A stretch of 64,000 nucleotides of DNA from Macrostomum lignano (lineage: Eukaryota): positions 124,001 to 188,000 of the forward strand of contig NIVC01001635.1 of assembly GCA_002269645.1 (NCBI GenBank). Reading direction: 5' to 3'. Both the position numbers and the translations under genes were made by a program. The number at the start of each line of letters is the position of its first letter. Positions within the stretch are counted from its first letter, which is position 1. Shown here one piece after another: positions 36,731 to 48,559 of the stretch. The notes beneath the pieces were generated by a model that ran no database searches, was not told the DNA's origin, and saw only the letters and a program-made list of their open reading frames with translations.

Positions 36731-37309
36731 ATCTCTCAAAGCCAAATCGCATGACAAAATGAAAGCAACCAGAAAGAACACAAAGCTATAACTATTTCTA
36801 AGTAACCTGATTAAAAATCTTGTACGAACGAATGTAATACCCGCGATAATTAATGAGAATTTCAGTCTTAACGATCTTCGATCAAGTAAGGCACCGCATA
36901 TGAGCCAGTGGCTCTCTAGTAGTACAGTACCAGCAAGTCAAAGTACAGGTTTTTACCCTCCCGACTGTATCCCACGGCTGAAATACAATTGTGAAGGGAA
37001 AATTTTTTCTCTGCAAGCCTGTTGCATTGTTTGCCGGAACTGAAGAAGAAAACAATAGCCCTGTGAAGAGCTTTGGAGGGGAGAGAGAGCGATGGGAAGA
37101 GATGATGCTGAGCATTGAGACGCGGGGATATGCAGCTTAATGCAAACTGTACACAGCTGGCAGGCGGTTTGCAATGATAGATGCAGCAAGCCACCCATCC
37201 AGTCAGTGTACAGTGTGCAGACCGACCCAGCCACAGTAGTGCCAATTACAGTAAAAAACGATCCCCAGAATTTCTGCTCCTGCTGCCGCTGCTGAAAGCT
37301 GCCTGGACC

Positions 37310-38636
37310 ATGAACAGCAGTAGCAGGGCAGACGATCTGGAGGAGATCTCTGAGAAACTGCGCCAATGCGCGCAGGAAACAACGCGCAGGTTCGCCCGGC
37401 TGCACGAGCAACAAATGGCGCGCCTGGTAGCCGAGAGCGAGCTAGCCGAGCGCCAGCGCGCAGAGGAGCGCGCCAAATCGGATGAAGCTGTCGCCACGAT
37501 CTGTCGGAAAGCGCGCCAACGCGAGGCGTCGATTGAGCAGCTCGCCGAGGCTGCCAGGCGCGGCGCCGAGGCGCTGGCGGGTGCGCGCCAACGATCGGCC
37601 AAGCTGGCATCGGCGCTGACGGTGATTAGCGCCGAGCGAGACGGCGCCAGGCGTCAATTAGCGACGCTGCAGTCGACGACTGACGGTCGAGACGATCGAA
37701 CGCCGGACAGCAGTTCGGGGAGATCTGAGATGGACTCGTTGAAGGACACGGAGGCGGCGCTGGCGGCAGCGTCGGCGAGACGGGAGAAGCTGCAGGTGCG
37801 CCTGCTTGAACTTTATGGAGTTGCGTGGCTCCAGGTGCATATACAGTACCAGAAGCGTCGCCACCGAGGGGGACACTAAGATATATGGGGGGGGGGCATG
37901 CCATGTTTTGTCCCTTGATCCCACTCCACCAATTGTGACCCGGTATGGAGAAAAATTATTTTTCCAGGGCGCTAAAATGAGTGCCTGCGGCGCCAAAATG
38001 AGTGCCTGCGGCGCCAAAATGAGTGCCTGCGGCGCCAAAATGAGTGCCTGCGGCGCCAAAATGAGTGCCTGCGGCGCCAAAATGAGTGCCTGCGGCGCCA
38101 AAATGAGTGCATGCTACCTGTAAATGGAGCCTCCCAACCTACCAATACTCAGCTTAGGCTCCCGACCCCAACCGCCGTCTCTCCATCTCAAACAGACTCA
38201 GGTGGAGCAGCTCGAGTCGGAGCGAGCAGCCGCCGACGCATTTGACGCCGAGCGACAAGTCGAGCTGGACAGCCGCCTTGCCGAGCTGGCATCGGCGCGG
38301 GAACGCGCGACTCAACTCGAGTCCCGACTGGCGCGCTGCGATGGCGCCGAGCTGAGAGAGGCGCGCTGGGCTGCCGCGGCGCTCGAGGCTGCCAAGACCG
38401 ACCTGCTGCTGACTCTGCGCTCGCTGAAATCAGGACGAAGTCGTCCCGACGCTCTCGGCGATGGAAACGACCCCAACGCCGACGCCGACGGGGATGAATT
38501 GTCGGTCAGTTTTCGGGACTTCGTGTCGGCCAGGCGCGAGCTGGCGGCGCTGCGCGAGGAGAATGACCGTCTGCGCAGTCGGGCGGCGTCGGCGGTTGCG
38601 TCAGCCAAGAGTCTGCGGCGGCTGCGGAGGGATTAA
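37310..38636 (+). CDS. Uncharacterised coiled-coil protein (two large exons, ~37310-37834 and ~38196-38636)
   Basis: GC-rich, A/E/R/L-rich heptad-like ORFs separated by a GT-AG intron that contains a MITE; no family recognised; exact ends uncertain. Confidence 0.65.
37850..38120. mobile_element. MITE related to 15425-15763, inverted, intronic
   Basis: AAAATGAGTGCCTGCGGCGCC 21-bp repeats (reverse complement of the 15550-15650 repeats); terminus CAGAAGCGTCGCCACC. Confidence 0.65.
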
Positions 38637-38679
38637 CGACAAGAGGGTTGGGATAAATATGAGGACTAGGGAAGATTCG

Positions 38680-38930
38680 GTGAGGGATTATCTGGGGATT
38701 AGGGAAGTTTTAGTGAGGGATTATCTGGGGATTAGGGAAGTTTTAGTGAGGGATTATCTAAGGATTAGGGAAGTTTTAGTGAGGGATTATCTGGGGATTA
38801 GGGAAGTTTTAGTGAGGGATTATCTAAGGATTAGGGAAGTTTTAGTGAGGGATTATCTGCGGACTAGGGAAGTTTTGTTGAGGGATTATCTGGAGATTAG
38901 GAAAGTTTTGGTGAGGGATTATCTGAGGAT
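38680..38930. repeat. 33-bp minisatellite (GATTAGGGAAGTTTTAGTGAGGGATTATCTGGG)
   Basis: About 7 copies. Confidence 0.9.
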
Positions 38931-39339
38931 TAGTGAATTGCTTAGGGATCCAATTAGGATCTGGAAAGTTCAAGGTATGATTATAGGTGAATTAGTAAAT
39001 TTAAAGCAAGGATTAAATGGTGTATTAATAAAGTTTTAAAGGGGGGTTCTTGAGGATTATTAAAGCTATAAGAAATGCTTATCTGGGTTATTCGCTGGAG
39101 CTTAAAGAGGTTTAAGCGCTGATTACAACTGTAAGCTCTGTCTGGGTCAATCGGGTCATTGAGAAGGATTTTGAGAATGGATTACTCTTATTAAAGAGTC
39201 TGGTCTTCTAACCTGAGCTTAAGCACCTGAGGCTTATAGCTTTCAAATAAATGCATACTCATCTAGGCAGGACTGCTTTTCAGAGAAGCAGACAACATCG
39301 AATTAGCCAACTGCTGGGACTGCTTCGGGTTTGTTCTTT

Positions 39340-39560
39340 TTACAGTTTGCACTATAGAATCTGACACAGTTTGCACTATAGAATCTGACACAGTTTGCAC
39401 TATAGAATCTGACACAGTTTGCACTATAGAATCTGACACAGTTTGCACTATAGAATCTGACACAGTTTGCACTATAGAATCTGACACAGTTTGCACTATA
39501 GAATCTGACACAGTGTGCACTATAGAATCTGACACAGTTTGCACTGTGAATCTGACAATA
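39340..39560. repeat. 24-bp minisatellite (CAGTTTGCACTATAGAATCTGACA)
   Basis: About 9 near-identical copies. Confidence 0.95.
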
Positions 39561-40054
39561 TAAGCAATTTTTGAACATGAAATCTGAATTACGGCGCGTT
39601 ACTCTGCTGTAGCTATCTAGCTCGTATCTCTCTCACACTCTCTGCCTACTTCAGTAGCCCTGCGCATACGTAAGTTCGCACTGGTGAGCCAGATTAAGTA
39701 CGCAGGCAACAGAGGAGCGTAGATGATAAGAATATGCACATTTCAGCCAGTCACGCGCAGATATGACAAGACACAGCGGGAGCCGAATATATGTACATTG
39801 TCAGCCTGTCCTTTTGAAATATAATTATATTTGGTTTGCGATGTGGGCCTGTCACCCAGTGTGAAACACAACTTTCAGGCACTTTCAGTTCAACTCTATT
39901 AATTTGTAGATTTGCTTTAAAAATAATTTACCATATTAAATGGGCAACATTTGCCCCACTTTGAGTCAGGTGAGTTTTCTTAATTAATTTTAGCGCCTTG
40001 GATTTACTAAAGAGACGAAGATGAGACATTGTTTTGAGAATCTAACCTTCAGGG

Positions 40055-40615
40055 GGTGTGAGATGGGTATGAGATACCACTGTGAGATAGGTATGAGATA
40101 ACACTGTGAGATGGGTATGAGATAACACTGTGAGATGGGTATGAGATACCACTGTGAGATAGGTATGAGATAACACTGTGAGATGGGTATGAGATACCAC
40201 TGTGAGATAGGTATGAGATACCACTGTGAGATGGGTATGAGATAACACTGTGAGATAGGTATGAGATACCACTGTGAGATAGGTATGAGATAACACTGTG
40301 AGATGAGTATGAGATACCACTGTGAGATGGGTATGAGATAACACTGTGAGATGGGTATGAGATAACACTGTGAGATAGGTATGAGATACCACTGTGAGAT
40401 AGGTATGAGATAACACTGTGAGATGGGTATGAGATACCACTGTGAGATAGGTATGAGATAACACTGTGAGATGGGTATGAGATACCACTGTGAGATAGGT
40501 ATGAGATACCACTGTGAGATAGGTATGAGATAACACTGTAAGATGGGTATGAGATACCACTGTGAGATAGGTATGAGATACCACTGTGAGATGGGTATGA
40601 GATAACACTGTGACA
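40055..40615. repeat. 24-bp minisatellite (ACTGTGAGATRGGTATGAGATAMC)
   Basis: About 23 copies. Confidence 0.95.
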
Positions 40616-40758
40616 CTGTACATATAGGTATGAAACTAGTGTCGCGGGGTATGAAATAATAGCTGTAATCGAGCCTACACTAAGATAGTAATGAGATAAT
40701 GAACTATATTTATATCATAATTTAATGAACTGTCGAAAATTACTGTTTTACATTCCAG

Positions 40759-41065
40759 CCCAGCTCTGGTCCCACAGAGCGCAGCGGTCTGATTGCCAAC
40801 CAGCACTCAGCTCCGATCAGACCCCAGCAACCGAGGGATCATCAGACTTATCAAGTCCCGGCTAGGCAGAGAGATCCCAGTGAGCACCAGTACACCGCTA
40901 AATCCATTGTTAACCGTAGGTCAAAGATTTCAGGTAAGAGAATGCAGCTTAAGTTTCTTGAAATCTTGCAAAACATTCTAATTTCAAACTGGACATAATT
41001 TTTCAGAAGACTCAGATTTGAATTTTGCAAGAATCGGATTGGAGAACTTGGACAAACGGTTAAAT
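40759..41065 (+). CDS. Two coding exons (40759-40933, 41007-41065) of an unassigned plus-strand gene
   Basis: ttccag|...|gtaag and tttcag|...|gtaagt junctions; joined frame PSSGPTERSGLIANQHS...RRSKISEDSDLNFARIGLENLDKRLN is open. May belong to the 37310 gene. Confidence 0.55.
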
Positions 41066-41179
41066 GTAAGTGCATGTGAGGTGTGGTGTGGATATGTTAA
41101 TTGTGTTTTTGTTAAGAAATATTAGCATGGGCTAAATTCTATGTCAATGTACACTAGCTCCTCGGGGCCTTTTCCTCTG

Positions 41180-41680
41180 GGCAATTAAACACACCCAACA
41201 CACAATCCATGTACACTTGCTCCACAGGCCGACACCGCCAGGCCAATTAAAACTACCACCCCATTCAATCTAGATGTACACTGGCTTTCCAGGCCGTTCC
41301 CTCTGAACCGATTAAAACCCATTAGCACTATATCAATATACACTTCCTCTCCTTTGGCTGAATCCCGCCAGGCCAATTAAAACCACTACCACATTCAATC
41401 TATGTACACTGGCTTTCCAGGCCGTTCCCTCTGAACCGATTAAAACCCATTAGCACTATATCAATATACACTTCCTCTCCTTTGGCTGAATCCCGCCAGG
41501 CCAATTAAAACCACTACCACATTCAATCTATGTACACTGGCTTTCCAGACCGTTCCCTCTGAACCGATTTAAAACCCATAAACACTGTATCAATGTACAC
41601 TTCCTCTCCTTTGACTGAATCCCGCCAAGCCAATTAAAACCACCACCCCATTCAATCTATGTAGACTTGCTTCCCAGGCT
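41180..41680. repeat. ~128-bp tandem repeat, ~4 diverged copies
   Basis: GGCCAATTAAAA...CATTCAATCTATGTACACTGGCTTTCCAGGCCGTTCCCTCTGAACCG recurs at 41371 and 41499, with flanking diverged units. Confidence 0.88.
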
Positions 41681-42072
41681 GACCAAAAACGCCACAAACT
41701 AAAGTACAACCCGAATACGAAAGCTATCCCACTGAATTATTGCTTCAGGACATATCAACCCTATACCACAATCTACTGGAGCGCTATTCAAATCTAAAAA
41801 CTGGTTAAATCCAGCTGGATCAAATCGCCAAAGAGTTGTGCGCCAAGTCTTATTCGCATTTTGACGTTGGATCTGACAATGAGGACCCCATTTGTAGTGC
41901 ATTTTCCTGCTTTGCTCGACAGATGGTACAGACTGGTAAGTGTATTTTTTATTTATGCACGTGGCAGTTTGTTCCTCTTGCAATTTTCATTTCAAGGGGC
42001 TGCATAACTAGCTAGATGGACTAGCGACTCAAAATGGACTTAAGATGACCAAGTTGTAAACGAGTAATCCTA

Positions 42073-42474
42073 ATGAGTAAACCCCATCAAAATGCAGCTG
42101 ACACAGAAAACCCTGTATCGGTGAAGCTGAAGGAGCACGCCAAGCACTGGACTGAGGCCCTATTTGACTCCCGCCATCTCCAATACGACCAAATCAGCTT
42201 CCTAAATCTCTACAATCAGCTCGGCCGCTACGCCTGGGAACTGCGTTCCAAGACTCCGCCGCTAAGGGGAACGGTTGCCATGACAACGCAGGAAGAGGAG
42301 ACATTCAGACGCGATTTGCTAGTTGCGTCGCTTAACTCTGAGTCGAACGCTTTCAGTGCAAATTTTGTCCGACTGAGGAGAGTAGACGGGCAGCTGGGCG
42401 GATTTGAGAGGCTGGGGACCGAGGCGGGTGAGCGCCTGGCTGAGGCCGGGCGGCGGCTGCTGCTTTCGGAATGA
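42073..42474 (+). CDS. Possible coding exon/ORF, unknown product (133 aa)
   Basis: GC-rich, non-repetitive ORF with helical protein-like composition; no family recognised. Confidence 0.4.
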   Translation: MSKPHQNAADTENPVSVKLKEHAKHWTEALFDSRHLQYDQISFLNLYNQLGRYAWELRSKTPPLRGTVAMTTQEEETFRRDLLVASLNSESNAFSANFVRLRRVDGQLGGFERLGTEAGERLAEAGRRLLLSE

Positions 42475-42479
42475 CGATG

Positions 42480-42970
42480 CTTGCGTTGTTGTGTTGCTTG
42501 TGATGCTTGTGTTGCTTTTGATGCTACTGTTGCTTCTGCTGCTTTTGCTGCTTCTGATCTTTCTGCTCTTTCTGATGGCTCTGTTGCTTTTGTTGCTTCT
42601 GCTGCTTCTGCTGCTTCTGTTGCTTCTGCTGTTTCTGTTGCTTCTGCTGCTTCTGTTGCTTCTTCTGCTTCTTTCCTTTGCTTCTGTTGCTTCTGCTGCT
42701 TCTATTACATCTTTCCGCTCTTTCTGTTGCTTCTGCTACTTCTATTACATCTTTCCGCTCTTTCTGTTGCTTCTGCTGCTTCTGTTGCTTCTGCTGCTTC
42801 TGTTGCTTCTTCTGCTTCTTTCCTTTGCTTCTGTTGCTTCTGCTGCTTCTATTACATCTTTCCGCTCTTTCTGTTGCTTCTGCTGCTTCTATTACATCTT
42901 TCCGCTCTTTCTGTTGCTTCTGATGCTTGCTTTTGCTGCTTCTCTTTCTGTTTCTTCTGTTGCTTCTGCT
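42480..42970. repeat. (TGCTTC/TGTTGC)-type low-complexity repeat
   Basis: Direct reading. Confidence 0.9.
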
Positions 42971-43745
42971 AAGCTCTGTTAATTTCAGAAGTTCTGTTGC
43001 ATCTGTTGATTGGTGCTTCTTTTATTCTAAATCGGTTGGAGCTTGAGCATCAGGGCTAGAAGGGAGTGCACGCCCGGGGGTGATTTGCTAATTTTCACAC
43101 CGGCTTTGCTTTACAATTTCCTTTTCACTCGATGCGTGCATCAATATAGATTTTGGTGTATATCAGCGTACACTGTACAATGTACACTCGGGGTAGCTAA
43201 ATTGATTCTTGGTTGATGCAATCAGTACTGTTGAATCAGTCGAAATCGAAAATAATTGCAAAATCAAATAGCAGATGTGTACACATGCAAGTTAAAGCAG
43301 TTTGTTTATGAACGAATCAGAAATATTAAGTTTACATGTGAAGCTATTAAGTGCTTAAAACTCGTATATACCCTTGCTTTGCATAGAGCCAACTAATTCT
43401 TCCTAATTTAACCATTTTTGAATAGTTATAACTCATGATTTACTTCATTTTTATCGATTTTTATACCTGATGAAAACTATTTTATCAATATTTTGTTCAT
43501 GTCTTCACATATTTTCGCAGTTTCGCAATCTGTTGTAACTCTATTTAAACATTCTCTATAATTCTCCTGCTCAAAAAGGACGTTGTGTTTTGTTGTTCTC
43601 ATGGCAGAAAGAAACGACATGCAAAATACATGAAATATATTGTAAAATTGCACATAAGTGCACATACACTATGTGCACTTTGCACTAACTTAACCATTGC
43701 ATCGTTCAAAAACTACCACATGAGCACATTTGTCAGTGATGCACT

Positions 43746-45960
43746 TGTAACTATAATTTATTGTACGCTCATCTGCGCCCCAGCCGCCCCGCCCCCCAAT
43801 CATGTACGTTGCTATCGATTGCTCAGTCCACCTCGCCCCCTCTATATAATATGTTTTTTGACACTCTTGAATAATACACTTTTCTCTCGGTTGCGCGTTC
43901 ATTACATGGCGTCGCAAGCTAGCTAGCCTCAGTGCATGGACCTGAAGCTACCCAAAGAGTTGGAGACGGACTCCAACGAGTCTTGGAAACGCTGGCGACA
44001 AAGATTTTTGATATATCTCAAGGCTACGCTGGCATTGTTGGAGAAGAGCGTCGAATAAATTTGTTTTTGCACCTGATCGGTGACAATGGCCTTGACATTT
44101 AAAACACCCTGGAGACAGAAATAGAAGAGGAAACAGCGGAGGGTGCAACGGCAAGGCGACCAATAGCTTTTGACGAGTTGCTGGAGCTATTCGACGAGCA
44201 CTTCAGTCCGCGTACGAGCGAAGTCTTCGAGCGTTTTAAGTTCTGGGAACGCGACCAGAAGGAGTCTGAGCCAGTCGACCTGTTTGTGACTGATTTGAAA
44301 CGTCTGGCTGGAACGTGCAATTTCGAAACACAAAAAGAGAAAATGATTCGAGACAAGATTGTCCTGAGGTGCAACGACTCACGAATGCGAGAGCGGCTAC
44401 TTCGAGAACCGGACTTGGACCTGAGAACGGCAATTGACATGTGCAGAGCTGCAGAGTCCGCGCGACATCAGCTAAAGGAAGTCGAGAAAGGCCTAAACGT
44501 CGTAAGGTTGTCACCTGCTCCGGCAGCGCCTCGGCAGCAACAAATCCGCAACTCAGGGCGCCCAGTGTCGAGTACAGCGGCCCAGTCGACGGCGCAGGGC
44601 CAACCTGGCCAAAGTTCGAACCCGAGTCAACTTCAGGGACGCCTTCCTGGAGAAAGTCGCTGTCACAACTGCGGTTACAGTCATCGTGATGGCAAGTGTC
44701 CGGCTTTTGGTAAGCGGTGTCTGTCCTGTGGCCGTCTGAACCACTTTCGCAGTCAATGCCGAAGCAACAATAACCGGAGGGTTATGACTGTAACAGCAGC
44801 TGAAGGTGAGGATGCTAGTGCTGGTGAAGAGGTGTAATTTTATCGGAGCGCTGCATGCAGACTGATAACGGTTCCAGTTGGTTAGCAGAAGTTCAGCTTC
44901 CAGATGGTAATAAGCTGCAATGCAAGCTAGACACCGGAGCAGAGGTGAGCGTGTTGCCAGCAGATTATTTCCCAGTCGGTGAGCAGTTGCTAAAAACTCA
45001 CACTGTGCTGACGGCCTTTGGAGGAGCTCGCATTCCTGTCGTTGGAAAGTGTCGTTTGAAGGTCAAGGTGCAGGGTCGGCCGTGCGAGATAGAGTTTATG
45101 GTTTCAGAGGTTGAACAAGCAATCATTGGTTTACCAGCGCTGAAGGATCTGGACCTAATTCGACGAGTTGAAAGCGTTAGACAGCCACCGGTGATTGACG
45201 AAAAGTTCGTGCTAGAGGAATTCAGTGACCTGTTTGACGACAAGCTTGGCTGTTTGCCTTACGTGCACTCGTTTACTCTCGATGAACATGCTGTTCCTGC
45301 CGTCAATGCTCCGAGAAAGATTCCCTTTGCGCTGCAAGGCAAAGTTCAGGAGGAGTTAAAGCGCATGGAGGCCCTCGGAGCCATCGTTAAAGTTTCTGAG
45401 CCAACGGATTGGGTAAACTCTTTGGTTACTGTACACAAGCCAGATGGCAGCCTGCGACTGTGTATCGATCCGACACATCTCAACAAAGCTATCAAGCGCG
45501 CTCACTACCCGATGACAACAGTTGAGCAAGTTGTTGCGCGCATTCCAGGTGCCAAGTACTTCACCGTGCTGGATGCAAAGACTGGTTTTTGGCAGATAAG
45601 ACTTGACGAAGAAAGTACACAGCTCTGCACTTTCAACACTCCGTGGGGCAGATACAAGTTCGTTCGCCTGCACCCAGTAACTATTGATGCACCGGAAGTC
45701 TACCAACGTAAGCTAAGCAAAATTTTCAGCAGCTGGGCTGAGGTAATTGTTGATGATATGCTTGTCTGGGGACGGACCCGCGAAGAGCACGATCAGAAGC
45801 TACTCAAGGTGCTCAGTGAGGCCCGTCAGTCGAATTTAAAGCTAAATCGCAAGAAATTAGAAGTTGGTGTTTCTTCCGTAAACTATGTCGGTCACGTGAT
45901 CTCATCTGATGGTGTTCATCCAGATCCTGCTAAAGTAAAAGCCATTCAAGAGCTTCCGGT
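43746..45960 (+). mobile_element. Ty3/Gypsy LTR retrotransposon, 5' half (LTR, PBS, gag, protease, RT), truncated
   Basis: 161-bp LTR 43746-43906 bounded by TGTAA...TTACA, followed by PBS-like TGGCGTCG; gag SWKRWRQRFLIYLKA...IRDKIV...MRERLLRE with two Zn knuckles (CHNCGYSH...C; CLSCGRLNHFRSQC); protease KLDTGAEVSVL; RT LRLCIDP...LDAKTGFWQI...IVDDMLVWG. Confidence 0.93.
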
Positions 45961-46485
45961 TCCAGGTAAAACTGAAAGGCACCCACACACAAGGGTTAAG
46001 GAGCACTGAACAAGAGCTAGCGCTATGTACGACCGCCTCCTGATGTGCAATCAATGCGCTAAAGTTAGACATGCTGAAAAATTTGAAATTATCGATCGTA
46101 ACCGCCAGAGTATGAAGTTGTCTACTCTTGAGGCGTTGCACATTAAACAGCTAAAGCTCACCATGAACATCCAACTTGGTGGTAGAGGGGCGAGTGTCCA
46201 TCTAGGGGTGTTCTGACCCCATGCGCTTGCCTCTTAGGGCATCTAACTCTGCTACCCATACTTGCATCATTTTGGCCTACTAGACTTTAAAAATTAATTA
46301 CCATCATCTGTCTGCATCTATATTTTGCCTGATGATGCCGATTGTTCGGCGAAACATGTCGCGCGAAGATTAATAAATTGTAGTTTCGTATTATTAAAGA
46401 AAAAATGCGAATGTTCGTTTTTGATTTCGTTTTCCTGGCTTTGCTCAAACGATGTACCTTACCTCGACTCTACATTCACTGATGC
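45961..46485 (+). mobile_element. 5'-truncated Penelope-like element (GIY-YIG C-terminal half, 3' UTR, hammerhead)
   Basis: GKTERHPHTRVKEH...FEIIDRN...KLSTLEALHIKQLK...NIQL is the second half of a PLE GIY-YIG domain, fused directly to the Gypsy RT frame. Confidence 0.8.
46322..46368 (+). ncRNA. Minimal type I hammerhead ribozyme (PLE-type)
   Basis: CUGAUGA 46329-46335, stem II GCCGA/UCGGC 46337-46350, GAAA 46351-46354, palindromic ACAUGU 46354-46359, predicted GUC cleavage after 46360. Confidence 0.82.
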
Positions 46486-47685
46486 CATAGCACACTCACT
46501 GATGCCATAGCACAGTCACTGATGCCATAGCACACTCACTGATGCCATAGCACACTCACTGATGTCATAGCACATTCACTGATGCCATAGCACATTCACA
46601 CTGATGCCATAGCACATTCACTGATGCCATAGCACACTCACTGATGCCATAGCACACTCACTAATGTCATAGCACATTCACTGATGCCATAGCACACTCA
46701 CACTGATGCCATAGCACATTCACTGATGCCATAGCACACTCACACTGATGCCATAGCACATTCACTGATGCCATAGCACACCCAATGATGCCATAGCACA
46801 TTCACTGATGCCATAGCTCACTCACTGATGCCAAAGCACATTCACTGATGCCATAGCACACTCACTGATGCCATAGCACACTCACTGATGCCATAGCACA
46901 CTCACTGATGCCATAGCACACTCACTGATGTCATAGCACATTCACTGATGCCATAGCACATTCACACTGATGCCATAGCACATTCACTGATGCCATAGCA
47001 CACTCACTGATGCCATAGCACACTCACTAATGTCATAGCACATTCACTGATGCCATAGCACACTCACACTGATGCCATAGCACATTCACTGATGCCATAG
47101 CACACTCACACTGATGCCATAGCACATTCACTGATGCCATAGCACACCCAATGATGCCATAGCACATTCACTGATGCCATAGCACACTCACTGATGCCAT
47201 AGCACATTCACTGATGCCATAGCACATTCACACTGATGCCAAAGCACACTGACTGATGCCATAGAACACTCACACTGATGCCATAGCACATTCACTGATG
47301 CCATAGCACACCCAATGATGCCATAGCACATTCACTGATGCCATAGCACACTCACTGATGCCATAGCACAGTCACTGATGCCATAGCACACTCACTGATG
47401 CCATAGCACATTCACACTGATGCCATAGCACATTCACTGATGCCATAGCACATTCACTGATGCCATAGCACACTCACTGATGCCATAGCACACTCACTGA
47501 TGTCATAGCACATTCACTGATGCCATAGCACACTCACACTGATGCCATAGCACATTCACTGATGCCATAGCACACTCACACTGATGCCATAGCACATTCA
47601 CTGATGCCATAGCACACTCACACTGATGCCATAGCACATTCACTGATGCCATAGCACACCCAATGATGCCATAGCACACTCACTG
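46486..47685. repeat. 20-22-bp minisatellite (CACTGATGCCATAGCACAYT)
   Basis: About 58 copies directly after the PLE 3' end; includes a higher-order duplicated block. Confidence 0.96.
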
Positions 47686-48559
47686 ATAAAATCTTCAGTT
47701 TCTGCCTGTGGTGCTAAAGCCCCTGGTGCAACCGCCAACCTCAGCAAAAATTTGTGCACCCCTAATGCAAATTTACTCAATTCAAATATATGCACGTTTG
47801 AAGCTTCCTTTTGGTACTAAAAACATATTTGGTATAACAAAAGCATCGGTTTATAGTTAAATTTAAAATTGTTTTTTTCAACATATTTGACTATTTACCT
47901 ATCACTTGAATATATGTAAAAAACAGTCACAACTGTATAGTACAGCTGAAGTTTGCAAAAGAAAAACATTGCGATTTTTAGAAAAAACATTATTTCATTT
48001 TTTCTGTCGGAAACAGTTCAGAAATTTTATATATATTTAAAGTACTTGGTTCGACTAAAATAACTCACCAATAAGGTTTTTTACGTATGATTAATTCTTG
48101 CGTCTGTGAGAGGCTTTTTTGTAATTGTGAAATCCCATAGAAGCATTGCTAATCGATAATATGCATATGCAGTTGTAGTAGCAGCAGTAAAATTATTGTT
48201 TATAATTTTTTATTACATGTGAAAGTTTCATCAGAAAAAAATAAAGTTCCGTCAGTCAATTAACGATGTGATCGTAGGATTTAGGGAGGTAGGGCAAGGG
48301 GGCAGCGGTTTCTATTTCACACCAGCCAATCAGAATGCTTCTGGTGGTGTAGAGGGCTAGGGCTTGTCTAAAAGGCAATGTACACGCGGAGTGAAGTGGG
48401 GCTGTTCGATTTTTTGCGTACGGGGTGGGGGAATCCTCAGCCAATAGGAATTCTCGCGCGAACAAGTTCTACCTCGCAGCTTCTAAAAAGATCACAGGAG
48501 CCACTTAAAACAAGAAACAATAGGAAAACATCAGTGCCTAAAATCTAATTGTTTTTTCT

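Noticed and set aside
44820-44860. gag stop TAA followed by pol in another frame as a programmed frameshift/readthrough
   Set aside because: No slippery heptamer or clear stimulator seen; the element has other disabling mutations, and this Gypsy type usually has a single gag-pol frame.
30295-47685. Regular short-repeat arrays as CRISPR-like loci
   Set aside because: Units are head-to-tail with no unique spacers, there are no cas genes, and the context is eukaryotic introns or intergenic DNA.
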